Sequence record: MK250027.1
Direction: 5' to 3' (one strand)
Length of the DNA stretch: 64,000 bases
Of the stretch, positions 1 to 10,324 are shown in pieces; positions within the stretch are counted from its first letter, which is position 1, and each line of letters begins with the position of its first letter. A program made the translations under genes and the position numbers. Under the pieces are notes generated by a model, which was not told the DNA's origin, ran no database searches, and saw nothing but the letters and a program-made list of their open reading frames with translations.

Positions 1-154
1 ATTTGATAGTATTTTATAAGAATTTTATTGGGTTTTACTTAATTTTTCTCAATATTTTTGAAGTTTTATTAAAGTTATAAGAATTTTAATAAAACTTCAT
101 TTTTATTTTATATGTGTTTATACTAGATAAATAATAAAAATGATTTTTTAATAA

Positions 155-430
155 ATGGAACCAAAGAAACATACTTCACGTGATGGTGGTTTAGACGTAG
201 TAGATGTTAACGATACACCAGAGGACGTATATATGGATTCATTCTTAGAAGATGGCGATGACGGTTTTGTAGAGAATTTGGAACCAGATAAGATGCCAGC
301 AGAAGACTTAAGAATTGAAGCATTGAAGAGAGCTATAGATATTGCAAAACTTATGAGTAATGTTACTACACAGGATGTTATTAACATTGCGGCTAAAATT
401 GCTGATTATATCAGTAACACACAAATTTAA
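155..430 (+). CDS. Small acidic protein, paralog of 455..850
   Basis: Shares ELxIExLKxAxxIxKLMSNVTTxDxxxIAxxxAxxI with the next ORF; ends TAA. Confidence 0.8.
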   Translation: MEPKKHTSRDGGLDVVDVNDTPEDVYMDSFLEDGDDGFVENLEPDKMPAEDLRIEALKRAIDIAKLMSNVTTQDVINIAAKIADYISNTQI

Positions 431-454
431 AATATACATATTTAATATATAACA

Positions 455-850
455 ATGAATACAACAACATTAAAAGAAAGATTAGGTCTTGATGAAGACG
501 CTGTTTTCGAAGATGGAGCGGCAACTGCAACAGATGATGGTATGACTGATGAGGAACTTAAGATCGAATCTTTGAAGATCGCTACAAATATCGGTAAACT
601 TATGAGTAATGTAACAACAGAAGATATTGTTAGTATCGCCGAGACAGTTGCCAAGTTTATCAAAGGTGGCGAAGGCGCATCTCTTGAAACATCAAATGAT
701 AATTCTTCTGATGAAAGTTCAGATGATACTGAGGAAGAAGCAGAAGATTTCGATACAAATGATGAAGATACATCTGATAACGGTGGAGAAGAAACAGATG
801 AGACTATTTCTCCGGTTGCTGGTGAAGATGAAGAAGATTTTGAAGTTTAA
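455..850 (+). CDS. Small acidic protein with D/E-rich tail, paralog of 155..430
   Basis: Shared motif; ends TAA. Confidence 0.8.
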   Translation: MNTTTLKERLGLDEDAVFEDGAATATDDGMTDEELKIESLKIATNIGKLMSNVTTEDIVSIAETVAKFIKGGEGASLETSNDNSSDESSDDTEEEAEDFDTNDEDTSDNGGEETDETISPVAGEDEEDFEV

Positions 851-972
851 TCATAAAGGAATAACATTATTTAACGATTTTGTTATTCCTTATTTTTATA
901 ATTTAAGTAAACTATTTCATGTATTCTGTATATAATCTTTAAATTGTTTAATAAAAATAAAGAAATAAGTTT

Positions 973-1497
973 ATGACAGAAGTAAATGTGAATGGATCTA
1001 TTGATCTTAATTTGAACCGTGGTAAGAGAGTGAATAATGATAAACGTCCACGTATTAAGCGAGAGGAACGTAAGCCACGTGTTAAGACAGATGAAGAGTA
1101 TATTGCGCAGCTTGAAGCAGCGATGCAGAAAGCGGGCGGACGTTATGTAAAGTTTGATGATATTGATCATACAGAGGGATTGATGGTTGCTGGTGTGCAA
1201 TGTAAAAACGGTAATTATATGTTCGCCGTTATGAATCGTGATCGTAAGGTACAGCTTGTTGGTAATAATGAGCATTTCTCAGTTATTCGTGATGTTCCAG
1301 CAAGTCTTTATGTATTGGATTATGTATATCATCGTGACCCTGAGATTTTGCTGAATATTGCTGATGCAACATTTTATCAGGATGAGATTAAGTTGATCAC
1401 TAAGATGTATATCAAGGTTGCAAAGAAAGTTAATAAGGATAATAAGAAAAACACAAAGAAATCAAAGAAGAACACTAAGAAAAACACAAAGAAGTGA
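973..1497 (+). CDS. Hypothetical protein with Lys-rich C-terminus
   Basis: 174-aa ORF followed by a hairpin terminator. Confidence 0.8.
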   Translation: MTEVNVNGSIDLNLNRGKRVNNDKRPRIKREERKPRVKTDEEYIAQLEAAMQKAGGRYVKFDDIDHTEGLMVAGVQCKNGNYMFAVMNRDRKVQLVGNNEHFSVIRDVPASLYVLDYVYHRDPEILLNIADATFYQDEIKLITKMYIKVAKKVNKDNKKNTKKSKKNTKKNTKK

Positions 1498-1530
1498 TTA
1501 ATAGATTTAATTTAGTTTACTTCTAAATAT

Positions 1531-1568
1531 AAAGAGATATATTCTAATATAGAGTATATCTCTTTTTT
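1531..1568 (+). terminator. Rho-independent terminator
   Basis: aaagagatatattct/agagtatatctcttt inverted repeat plus T-run. Confidence 0.7.
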
Positions 1569-1625
1569 CATAAACTTAATTTTAATTTTAACATATAATA
1601 TTTAAAGTTATAATATTTTTAATAA

Positions 1626-2024
1626 ATGGAAAAATTAAATTCATTCAAGGAACTGTTTACATGGAATAAAGATGAACAACAAGATTTAGAATTTGAAAAT
1701 CTGAATCTTATAACTGCTGTTTATTCTGCACAACGAATTGATTTGATACGGAGTGAATTTAAACGAACATATAAAGAATTAACAGATTTATTAGATATAA
1801 GGAAATCAAATGAATCGCTGAAAACAAGGATTAATAATTTTAATTCAGAAGATTGGATACATAAAGTATATTCATTGATGAATGCGTCCGTAAAGAAATA
1901 TGATGATTTAATGTATGCGATAAATTTTCATAATATATTATTTCCTGATGAACCTGCATTAGGATTAGATGAAGATGAAATAAAAGTTATAAATCAAATA
2001 AAAGGAATAGAGTTTATTACATAA
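1626..2024 (+). CDS. Hypothetical protein
   Basis: 132-aa ORF followed by a hairpin at about 2029-2064. Confidence 0.7.
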   Translation: MEKLNSFKELFTWNKDEQQDLEFENLNLITAVYSAQRIDLIRSEFKRTYKELTDLLDIRKSNESLKTRINNFNSEDWIHKVYSLMNASVKKYDDLMYAINFHNILFPDEPALGLDEDEIKVINQIKGIEFIT

Positions 2025-2084
2025 TAAAAATGGGGATATAACAAATTGTATGTTATATCCCTTTACTTGTTAATAGTTATTTAA

Positions 2085-2336
2085 TCAAAAGATACAATGT
2101 AGTATTCCACCTATGCAGATTACCAATGTATATTTTAACATATCTTTGTGATTGCATACGTCACACTTTTCTGTTTGCATATGATGTACATAACAAGAGT
2201 GTACGATCATCGCTAAGATTGAAAATGTAAATCCAGTTAACAAAGAAATTAATAGCCATGCTATGAACATGATAGCATTCCCGTTATTTGTTTTTACATC
2301 ATTCCAAACTTCCTTAAGTATTTCCAATATGTACAA
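2085..2336 (-). CDS. Possible small membrane protein
   Basis: 83-aa ORF with hydrophobic stretches; start uncertain. Confidence 0.45.
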   Translation of the reverse strand: MYILEILKEVWNDVKTNNGNAIMFIAWLLISLLTGFTFSILAMIVHSCYVHHMQTEKCDVCNHKDMLKYTLVICIGGILHCIF

Positions 2337-2538
2337 GCCAAAAGTTATGAAGAACTATTTAACTGAATCAAATGTTAATCCCTTAAGGAAATTAACTAAA
2401 TTTAAAAAAGAATTTAACATATCAAATTATAAATAACTATTTTTAGTATGTTATTAGTAAAACATACCTATATATTTATTAAACTATTTTATTTTATAAT
2501 CATATAAACAATATGAAGTTAGATTAATTTTAAATAAA

Positions 2539-3075
2539 ATGAAAGAGCAAAGATATACAATAAAGGATGCAGAGGAAATGTCTTATAATGAAGATATTAT
2601 CTGTTTTTGGAAACCATACGGAATAAATGAAATAGGTCCACATGTATTGTGTCAGTGGTATAAGTCAATATTTAGTGATGATAAGAATACTTATTCTTGC
2701 ACTGAACAATATATGATGTATCAGAAAGCTATTTTGTTTGGCGATGATGAAATTGCAATGAAAATTCTTCAAGAAAAACGTCCAGATCAAATGAAGAAAT
2801 ACGGAAGACTTATTAAGAATTTCGATGAAAAAGTTTGGAATGAAAATAAGTTTATGATTGTATATAATGGTAATTATCTTAAGTTCACGCAAAATAAGAA
2901 ACTTAAGGATTATCTTAAATCTACAGGAAATTCTATATTGGTAGAAGCATCTCCATATGATGCTGTATGGGGAGTAAAAATGTCAATGGATAATGACGAT
3001 ATTTTATATCCAGAAAAGTGGAATGGACAGAATTTATTAGGATTTGCACTGATGCAAGTAAGAGATGATATTTAA
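2539..3075 (+). CDS. NADAR (YbiA-like) family hydrolase
   Basis: Motifs EQYMMYQKAILFGD, LVEASPYDAVWG, GQNLLGFALMQVR. Confidence 0.92.
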   Translation: MKEQRYTIKDAEEMSYNEDIICFWKPYGINEIGPHVLCQWYKSIFSDDKNTYSCTEQYMMYQKAILFGDDEIAMKILQEKRPDQMKKYGRLIKNFDEKVWNENKFMIVYNGNYLKFTQNKKLKDYLKSTGNSILVEASPYDAVWGVKMSMDNDDILYPEKWNGQNLLGFALMQVRDDI

Positions 3076-3094
3076 TATTTAATTTTATATAACT

Positions 3095-3610
3095 ATGAAT
3101 ATACAAGAGATTTTAGGAGAGATTAAGAAATTATCTGATGATGATATTGTAAAGTTTAATAAGGAGTTTTCCACTTTTTATAAGCCATTTAAGAAGAAGG
3201 AAGATGAGATTAAAAAAGAGCAGAAAAAGAAAGAAGATGAATTGAAGCTTGTTCGTGTAAAAGAAATAGGTGATAAAATTTGTGAACTATATGAAATAAA
3301 TGGATTTCCAGTTTCAAGTGTACATAAGTGTAATGATGCACCTTACTCTACATATGAAGATTATGGTGGATATGTATTGGATGACTGTGATATAGAACCA
3401 TATATTAAAAAAGTAGATGAGGAGACTGATAAAGAATTAGATAAATTATTTAACGATTTTTATAATAATATGTCTGATAAAGAATATCTTAATGAGAAAA
3501 AAGAAGCTGATGATTTATATCCAGGTGATACAATATTTAACTTCTATATGAAAGGTGGAACATTTAAAAAAGTAATGGACAATGAAGTGGAATCTGTTAT
3601 TACAGTTTAA
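3095..3610 (+). CDS. Hypothetical protein
   Basis: ORF in a tightly packed co-directional cluster. Confidence 0.7.
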   Translation: MNIQEILGEIKKLSDDDIVKFNKEFSTFYKPFKKKEDEIKKEQKKKEDELKLVRVKEIGDKICELYEINGFPVSSVHKCNDAPYSTYEDYGGYVLDDCDIEPYIKKVDEETDKELDKLFNDFYNNMSDKEYLNEKKEADDLYPGDTIFNFYMKGGTFKKVMDNEVESVITV

Positions 3611-3887
3611 GAATTATATAAAATATAAAACACCTTGGAAATATTGTCAATATAATAAACAACTATATAAAAATGATAAATTCCGAATAGAATATTTTTG
3701 GAGAAGAGAAAATCATTTTGCGATAGGTTTTTATTATGATGGAAATTTTCATACAGAAGTATGGTCTAATAATGAAAGTTGGTTTGTAAATAAAATATAT
3801 ATTAATTTTATATATGCATCATTTTTAATTGTTACAAAGAAAAAGTTATATTGTAAATATCCAGATGATTATTTTGATTTGAATTAA
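3582..3887 (+). CDS. Hypothetical protein
   Basis: Fills the cluster; start uncertain. Confidence 0.55.
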   Translation: MKWNLLLQFKNYIKYKTPWKYCQYNKQLYKNDKFRIEYFWRRENHFAIGFYYDGNFHTEVWSNNESWFVNKIYINFIYASFLIVTKKKLYCKYPDDYFDLN

Positions 3888-3889
3888 TT

Positions 3890-4090
3890 ATGAAATTATA
3901 TCAGATTTATACCAAAGGTAATTATTGTAGTGGTGGATTTAATGAATCTTTTGATGAACCTATGGATGGTCCAGCATATAAAACAATTTTCACTACATAT
4001 GAAAAAGCAAAAGAACATTTACCAGAAAAACATGGTGATAGATTTACAGGTTTTGCTGAGTATTATATAAAAGAAGTTGAAATAGAATGA
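3890..4090 (+). CDS. Hypothetical protein
   Basis: ATGA overlap with the next gene. Confidence 0.7.
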   Translation: MKLYQIYTKGNYCSGGFNESFDEPMDGPAYKTIFTTYEKAKEHLPEKHGDRFTGFAEYYIKEVEIE

Positions 4091-4455
4091 TTGATAATAC
4101 GAAAGAATATATTGTATGTGCTGCTTATCTACAAACTAGAAATACTAGTAATAGACAAAATATGATAGATAAGCAAGGTAAAGATCCAAAATCAATATAT
4201 TATGAACCACATAATCAAGTATTTGATATGAGATTGGGATTTAGACATCCTGATATTATATATCAATATGGTGATGAAATAAACAATAAAGAATCTGATG
4301 GTGGATTTATGACATCAAAAGGAAGATATGTAGGAAGAGTAGAAGCAATGAAAATAGCTTATGAATGTGGTCAAGTATCCAAGGAAAAAGCTATCAGGAA
4401 TGATAAGTATATAAAGAATGGATATTGGCCATTATATTCAGAAGATATTTATTAA
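4087..4455 (+). CDS. Conserved phage protein of unknown function
   Basis: IVCAA...GFRH...GFMTSKGRYVGRVEAMKIA..CGQ pattern I recognise from phage hypotheticals. Confidence 0.75.
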   Translation: MIDNTKEYIVCAAYLQTRNTSNRQNMIDKQGKDPKSIYYEPHNQVFDMRLGFRHPDIIYQYGDEINNKESDGGFMTSKGRYVGRVEAMKIAYECGQVSKEKAIRNDKYIKNGYWPLYSEDIY

Positions 4456-4467
4456 TTTTAATACAAT

Positions 4468-4722
4468 ATGAAAAAGAATAAAATTACTATTGAACTATCA
4501 AATTCTGAAATTAATAGATTAACTAATCTGTTATTTAAAGGTACTGCATATGATGAAACTTATTATGATAAACGAACATGCACATTGGATGAAAAATTCA
4601 GAGAGAATTTTTGTCAGATGCTTGTAGATGGTTCAGAAAAATATAAAGATAAAAATATTAAAGTAACAACCTTTAATGGTATATTAAAAGATGTAGATAA
4701 AGATTATTACTTGTTTAATTAA
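4468..4722 (+). CDS. Hypothetical protein
   Basis: Packed ORF. Confidence 0.65.
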   Translation: MKKNKITIELSNSEINRLTNLLFKGTAYDETYYDKRTCTLDEKFRENFCQMLVDGSEKYKDKNIKVTTFNGILKDVDKDYYLFN

Positions 4723-4725
4723 ATT

Positions 4726-5034
4726 ATGAGTATGACATTAGATGAAGCTATTAAGCATGCAGATGAAGTATCAGAAACATGTGATAATAGAGATTGTGGA
4801 TTAGAACATAAGCAACTTGCTAGTTGGTTGAGAGAACTTAAGGAATTAAGGAATAAACATATTCAAGATGAGTTAGAGAAAGATGCTACATTTTATGCAG
4901 ATAAAACTATTTACGAAGGGAGTATATATGGATTTCCATCAGGTGATGTTAGAGAGAAATATAATGCCGTAAAATGTGCATATAAAGAAGGATTCTGCGC
5001 ATGTTTAAATAAAAATATTAATACAAATGAGTGA
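4726..5034 (+). CDS. Hypothetical protein
   Basis: MTLDEAIKHA..CxxEHKQLAxWLRELKELR pattern common in phage hypotheticals. Confidence 0.7.
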   Translation: MSMTLDEAIKHADEVSETCDNRDCGLEHKQLASWLRELKELRNKHIQDELEKDATFYADKTIYEGSIYGFPSGDVREKYNAVKCAYKEGFCACLNKNINTNE

Positions 5035-5338
5035 GATAAGAAAAGGATGCTATATGCATACATCATATAATGGTCCATGTGATGATGAGGAAACATGGAT
5101 TTTCCCTGATGGATTTGAAGGTGTAGATGATGATACTTATTATGAAATTGAATATGATTATCATTCAGCAGCAGATCCTATGGATCAATCATGTACATAT
5201 CATGTAACATCTATTAAACCTGTTTCTATATTGATGAAGAATGCTTATGAAATTATTCAGAAATATAAATATATGCAAAATCATATAGATGAGTTTGAAA
5301 AGTGGTTAAGTGACAATTATGAAATTAAACGAATATGA
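5027..5338 (+). CDS. Hypothetical protein
   Basis: Overlapping packed ORF. Confidence 0.65.
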   Translation: MSEIRKGCYMHTSYNGPCDDEETWIFPDGFEGVDDDTYYEIEYDYHSAADPMDQSCTYHVTSIKPVSILMKNAYEIIQKYKYMQNHIDEFEKWLSDNYEIKRI

Positions 5339-5669
5339 ATTATGTAAAGCTTTCATTATGCCATGTTATTGGTATATCGAAGGTGAAGAACATGAAAAAT
5401 TTTATGTTGATGAACAAACATGTGATTGGTATAATTTCATAGAAAATGATGAGTTTAATAATAACGAAAAAGAAATACGTAAATGGTGGAAAATAATGTT
5501 ATATAAACCATCAAATATAGAAACAAAGGATCTTACAGAAGAACAATGTAAATGGTTGGTTAATGAGTGTTATCATGATATGATTAATATATATGATGAT
5601 AAAGAAGATGATACAGATTATGAAAAATATGAATGGGATTTTAAAAAACATTGTATAAAAAAAGATTAA
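5310..5669 (+). CDS. Hypothetical protein
   Basis: Packed ORF; start uncertain. Confidence 0.6.
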   Translation: MTIMKLNEYELCKAFIMPCYWYIEGEEHEKFYVDEQTCDWYNFIENDEFNNNEKEIRKWWKIMLYKPSNIETKDLTEEQCKWLVNECYHDMINIYDDKEDDTDYEKYEWDFKKHCIKKD

Positions 5670-5699
5670 AGATATTTTTCATATTTAAATTTTAATATG

Positions 5700-5707
5700 T
5701 AACTTTG
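5700..5707 (+). promoter_or_regulatory. Bacteroidota sigma-A -7 element (TAACTTTG)
   Basis: Matches TAnnTTTG about 25 bp upstream of ORF 5733. Confidence 0.5.
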
Positions 5708-5732
5708 AATTATAATTTTAATTTAATATTAT

Positions 5733-5963
5733 ATGAAATATCGTATTACAAAATCAGAAAAAGGTTATCGTGCTGAAATTGGTAAACATAATGCACGAAA
5801 TGGTGTATTAGAATATATATCCATTGAGAACGATAATAATTATTTGTGTAGTTGTGAAACTTATTATGAAACCGAGATTGATGCAATTGAAGCATGTAAG
5901 AAACATCATCATGAAAAGGGATATGATAAATTACCTAAAGTAGTAGATGAGTTTGAACTTTAA
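5733..5963 (+). CDS. Hypothetical protein
   Basis: ORF downstream of the promoter motif. Confidence 0.65.
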   Translation: MKYRITKSEKGYRAEIGKHNARNGVLEYISIENDNNYLCSCETYYETEIDAIEACKKHHHEKGYDKLPKVVDEFEL

Positions 5964-5974
5964 ATTTATATATT

Positions 5975-6364
5975 ATGTGGTTAGCAAGGGATAAAGGCTT
6001 CGAATCATGCGGTAATGGATTTATTCTTGGTGATGTTCATCTTTTTTCAAAGAAACCAAAACGTAAAATTAATAAAGATCGTAAGTGGGAGAAAGAACCA
6101 TCTATATGGGATGGACATTGTGCAAAGATGAAGCTTAAATCGGATGAATATCCTGATTTAAAATGGGAAGATGAACCATTAGAAGTTGATTTAGATATTA
6201 ATCATAATAGATGGGATTTAGATATTTGGAAATATTTAACTGCAATTGAGAATATAGCAGGATGTTATGAAAATCAATTTACTAATGATAATCAAGGTTT
6301 AAAAATCTGTAATGAAATATATAATAAAGTAAAAGAGTTAAAGCAATTATTAGTTTTAAAATAA
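5975..6364 (+). CDS. Hypothetical protein
   Basis: MWLARDK...LFSKKP...LKWEDEP pattern seen in Bacteroidota phage hypotheticals. Confidence 0.7.
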   Translation: MWLARDKGFESCGNGFILGDVHLFSKKPKRKINKDRKWEKEPSIWDGHCAKMKLKSDEYPDLKWEDEPLEVDLDINHNRWDLDIWKYLTAIENIAGCYENQFTNDNQGLKICNEIYNKVKELKQLLVLK

Positions 6365-6400
6365 GTTTAAGAATATCTTTCTTATTCCAATAAAAATATG

Positions 6401-6408
6401 TATCTTTG
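6401..6408 (+). promoter_or_regulatory. Bacteroidota sigma-A -7 element (TATCTTTG)
   Basis: TATGTATCTTTGTA motif recurring upstream of six accessory gene blocks. Confidence 0.7.
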
Positions 6409-6441
6409 TAATAGAGTTTAATAATAATTAAAAGATATATT

Positions 6442-6906
6442 ATGGATAAGAAAGATATTCTTTATAATTTAAAGAAGGTTAATAAGTATATTGATTATAA
6501 AATAGGCGATTGGGTAGAAACATGTAACATGCTTCCAGGTATTGTACAAGAAATTCATAATTATTATGATCCAAGAAAAAATATGCAATGCTTTGTAGAA
6601 GATGTTATTATTTATTATCCACATTATGCTATTGATAATCCAGATTATCATGGTGGTTCATCATGTTCAATTACAGGATGTGGCGTTCATCAGATTTCAC
6701 AGGAATATGCAAAGATATTATTTTCATTAGGTTATGATAAACTTGTTAATCTGTGGAATGATTATAAATTAAAGGATGATGAAATATCATGGGATGATTT
6801 TGTCAAGAAAGAATATGATAAACTTTCTGACAAAGAGAAATTAAATGGTATTATATTATTTAATATCGGTGAAGAATATTCACGAAAAATTAAAGATATA
6901 AAATAA
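6442..6906 (+). CDS. Hypothetical protein
   Basis: 154-aa ORF. Confidence 0.7.
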   Translation: MDKKDILYNLKKVNKYIDYKIGDWVETCNMLPGIVQEIHNYYDPRKNMQCFVEDVIIYYPHYAIDNPDYHGGSSCSITGCGVHQISQEYAKILFSLGYDKLVNLWNDYKLKDDEISWDDFVKKEYDKLSDKEKLNGIILFNIGEEYSRKIKDIK

Positions 6907-7323
6907 ATGAATGATAATAAGTCAAATATAACGGGATTATATTTTGAAGATAATATGGCTGTTTTTAATAAAGCTGTAGTTTATCCTAAAAATTATAATC
7001 CTAAAACAGATTCAAAATTCATGCATGATTTGGATTATACATCTGAATGGTGTGAACATTCTGAAGAGAGATTATTTTGGAATAATGATCTCATTGAGAA
7101 TCCATTTATAACAAATGAATTTTATTATGCAGAAATTAATCATCCTACAATGGGTAAAGCTATATATAGAAAACGAAAAAATGGTAAATATATATGGCAA
7201 TTTGAAAATGAAAAAGATGTAAAGGTATCTATGAGATCATCATTTGGAAGTCAATATAAAGATATGATTAATGATGGTTATATTGTAATTAAGAAGGGAC
7301 ATAATAAAATTACATCAAATTAA
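6907..7323 (+). CDS. Hypothetical protein
   Basis: Abuts the previous stop codon. Confidence 0.7.
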   Translation: MNDNKSNITGLYFEDNMAVFNKAVVYPKNYNPKTDSKFMHDLDYTSEWCEHSEERLFWNNDLIENPFITNEFYYAEINHPTMGKAIYRKRKNGKYIWQFENEKDVKVSMRSSFGSQYKDMINDGYIVIKKGHNKITSN

Positions 7324-7334
7324 AATTAAAGCGT

Positions 7335-7853
7335 ATGTATAAAGTAAAGCATATTCCAACAGGTTTGTATTATCAACCTGTTACATCATCAGGAACAAAT
7401 CTTGGGAAGAAAGGAAAAATATATGAAACATCTTCATCTTGTTTATCAGGCAGTGAAGATTATATTATTATTGATATTAAGAAAACATCTCCTATATATA
7501 GAGATTTTGCTGGTATTCTTGATATGAAATACGGTTTAAAAAAAGCTGGTGCCAAATTTGGATATGTATATTGTAAAATTCCTAAATCAGATTTTGAAAA
7601 AGAATATTTACCTGTTGATATAAATACATTAGAAAATATTATAAGTAAACAGAGAGAAAAATATATAGATAATGATATTGTTCAAACATGTTTAAATGAA
7701 ATTATTGAACAAATAACAGGTGAAAAAGTAAATGTAAAATCAAAAAATAATGTACCTAATATGGATGAACTTGTTAAATCTGTTAGGGAATTAAAAGTTT
7801 CAAAAGAAAGAACAGAAGGACTTTTTAAAAATTTACATAGTATGTTATCATGA
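7335..7853 (+). CDS. Hypothetical protein
   Basis: 172-aa ORF. Confidence 0.7.
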   Translation: MYKVKHIPTGLYYQPVTSSGTNLGKKGKIYETSSSCLSGSEDYIIIDIKKTSPIYRDFAGILDMKYGLKKAGAKFGYVYCKIPKSDFEKEYLPVDINTLENIISKQREKYIDNDIVQTCLNEIIEQITGEKVNVKSKNNVPNMDELVKSVRELKVSKERTEGLFKNLHSMLS

Positions 7854-8053
7854 AAATGTTTCAAGATGGTAATATGGATTATGATTATTATGAACATAAT
7901 AATCATTTTACTGATGAGGAAGAAGATGTGATGAAAGATTATGAATGGTCTATCATGAGTCATTTATCAAAAGATGAAATAAATGAAATAAATGATTATG
8001 AATATAGTCTTTTATCTAGACAAGCAGATGATGAATATGATAATTTTTATTAA
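7850..8053 (+). CDS. Small acidic hypothetical protein
   Basis: ATGA overlap; internal duplication DYEWS/DYEYS. Confidence 0.6.
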   Translation: MKMFQDGNMDYDYYEHNNHFTDEEEDVMKDYEWSIMSHLSKDEINEINDYEYSLLSRQADDEYDNFY

Positions 8054-8058
8054 ATAAT

Positions 8059-8095
8059 AAAAGAGAGTTAAGAAACGAATCTTAACTCTCTTTTT
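8059..8095. terminator. Bidirectional terminator between convergent genes
   Basis: aaaagagagttaaga/tcttaactctctttt. Confidence 0.8.
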
Positions 8096-8097
8096 CT

Positions 8098-10233
8098 TTA
8101 TTCATATGTTTTAATTTCTATTCCTAATTTATTGGCTTTTTTCATTTTACTAGATGTCGAACATAAATCATCAGTAAATAAAATTTTACATTCAGTCCAT
8201 ATAGTAGTTTCTTCATATTCAGGATGTTCTTTTAGAAACTCTTTTTTTGTATTAAATCCAAAAGATTTTGGAGAACCAGTCATAATAATTTTAATTTTTT
8301 CAGAATTTTCATTACTAGAATTACTATTTACTTTTGTTGTAATATCTATATTAAGTAAATTAACAACTTCCATAACTAAATTATATTCTTCACTATTTTT
8401 ATCTAATGCCCAGTTATATGCAATAGAACTAAATCCAAAGGTAGAATACTCTTCATTTCTAATAATTTTAGCACATAATGAAGATGCTCTATGTCCACAT
8501 GATTTAAAGCAAAAACTTAATATAATATCTTCTAATGTAATATGTTCTCTATATGTTTTTAAGTTATCTACAATATTTTTAATAGATTTACTTGTACCTA
8601 AATATTCTGTAATTAATTTTAATCTTTCATCTGACATTAAATATACAATATTACGTAAATCATGAATTTCATTATGAAGATTACTATCCCATAACATATT
8701 TGCAACAGCAGGTCCAATAGTGTTAATATTTAATGCCGTAGCAGAAGCTAAAAAATTATTTTTATTAAACTCATCATGAGATTTAAAAACTTTCATAAGA
8801 TGCATAGTTCCAGATGATTCAGTTACAACTTCTGTATCCTCAGGAATATTAATATTGTTTATTCCAGCAGGCTTAATAATTTCATAAACAAATGGAATAA
8901 TATCTCCTGCTAATGAAATTCTTACTTCTGAACCTATACCGCATTGTTTCTTTATAATGTAATTATAATTATGTAATGATGCTTTCTTTAATTCTTTACC
9001 ATCCAAGTATATAGGTTCAATAATAGCTTTAGGAAAATATTCTCCTGTTTTTTTTACATTCCATTCAATATCTATAATTTTTGTAGTGTTAATCATAGGA
9101 ATGAATTTCATAGCAACGCAATCAAGAGGTCTTTCTCTATCTTCATTATATAATCTTGATGATGCAGAAGGTTTGAATACAATACCATCTAACGCATATT
9201 TAGAATTTTCATTTCTGAATTTTTCATATTCATCATAGATATGTTTTAAATCATCTCCTGATATATATCCATTATATGTATGACATTGACAGAAATGTAA
9301 TTCAGGTAATTCGCCTATATATCCTAAATATGGTTGTAACATTTCATATGTAGGATCCGTAGGATTCATCCATGATAATTCTGTATATTTTTGTGTATCT
9401 TTATTATATATACGATAATCATAACATACGAAATGTAAATCATTATCTATCAATAAATTTTGATCAATATCAGTTACTTTCCGACCAAGAAGACCTGCAA
9501 CATATGATCTAGGATTTGTAAATTTATCAGCAAAATTTTCATTAAACACTGATATTGGTACCAATACTTCACCACGAATACATAAAATATCACCTGGTGT
9601 TAATATATTGTGACAACATTCATTTATTAATGTCCATGTATTAAGTTTAGGTAAAAACCAATGTTTAATATCTGTTCCATAATTACCGTCACCTCTTGTG
9701 GCACATGAAATTAATTCAACATTATTATTTTTATCTAGTGTAAATTCTGTACTAAATGAACATCCATCTAATTTAGGTGTTGTCTCATAGGAAGTCGTAT
9801 TATGTGATTTATTGATATACTTATTTAACTCGTCTGCAAAATATTGCCAATTTACATTATTTGTTTCTTTATTTTCCTTAATTTGTACTTTTGATAAAGA
9901 ACCCATTATAAAACTATGTTTAATAGTATAATTCACATGTTTAGATGTATTTTTACTGCCAATATAGTTTTTATTTTCTAATCCTACAAATGATTCTAGT
10001 TCATCAAACATAGAATCATTAAGTATTTCCCTTTGTGAATTATAATACGAATCCTTACATATACGAAGCAATTCCTTTATTTCATCAGTAGATAAATTAT
10101 TTTTAATATCATCTATATTACTGTTAAATAAATTTGATTGTATACTTATATACATATCAGATGGATCCATGCCTTTGAGTTCATATTGCTTTACTGCATA
10201 TAACTCATTTTTTAATGTTGTATAATTTGTCAT
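8098..10233 (-). CDS. ligA: NAD-dependent DNA ligase
   Basis: KLDG adenylation motif, TRGDG, LDGIVFK, OB-fold region (ASLHN), C-terminal BRCT-like segment; no TAG. Confidence 0.92.
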   Translation of the reverse strand: MTNYTTLKNELYAVKQYELKGMDPSDMYISIQSNLFNSNIDDIKNNLSTDEIKELLRICKDSYYNSQREILNDSMFDELESFVGLENKNYIGSKNTSKHVNYTIKHSFIMGSLSKVQIKENKETNNVNWQYFADELNKYINKSHNTTSYETTPKLDGCSFSTEFTLDKNNNVELISCATRGDGNYGTDIKHWFLPKLNTWTLINECCHNILTPGDILCIRGEVLVPISVFNENFADKFTNPRSYVAGLLGRKVTDIDQNLLIDNDLHFVCYDYRIYNKDTQKYTELSWMNPTDPTYEMLQPYLGYIGELPELHFCQCHTYNGYISGDDLKHIYDEYEKFRNENSKYALDGIVFKPSASSRLYNEDRERPLDCVAMKFIPMINTTKIIDIEWNVKKTGEYFPKAIIEPIYLDGKELKKASLHNYNYIIKKQCGIGSEVRISLAGDIIPFVYEIIKPAGINNINIPEDTEVVTESSGTMHLMKVFKSHDEFNKNNFLASATALNINTIGPAVANMLWDSNLHNEIHDLRNIVYLMSDERLKLITEYLGTSKSIKNIVDNLKTYREHITLEDIILSFCFKSCGHRASSLCAKIIRNEEYSTFGFSSIAYNWALDKNSEEYNLVMEVVNLLNIDITTKVNSNSSNENSEKIKIIMTGSPKSFGFNTKKEFLKEHPEYEETTIWTECKILFTDDLCSTSSKMKKANKLGIEIKTYE

Positions 10234-10316
10234 ATTCTATATATAGTTTATCTAATTATTTTATAAAATAATAAGAAAAAAGTCTCATTAAATTTTTTAT
10301 TTAGGAAATTAATATG

Positions 10317-10324
10317 TATCTTTG
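10317..10324 (+). promoter_or_regulatory. Bacteroidota sigma-A -7 element
   Basis: TATGTATCTTTGTATTGT followed by the AACAATTAAAAATATA leader. Confidence 0.75.

Noticed and set aside
148-935. Overlapping alternative-frame and antisense ORFs in the track (here and e.g. 8132-8665, 55736-56080, 58191-58601, 59600-60004)
   Set aside because: Shadows of better-supported genes with no motifs or expression signals
2141-2148. TATCTTTG promoter-like match
   Set aside because: It lies inside a minus-strand ORF with no suitably placed plus-strand gene and lacks the extended TGT context
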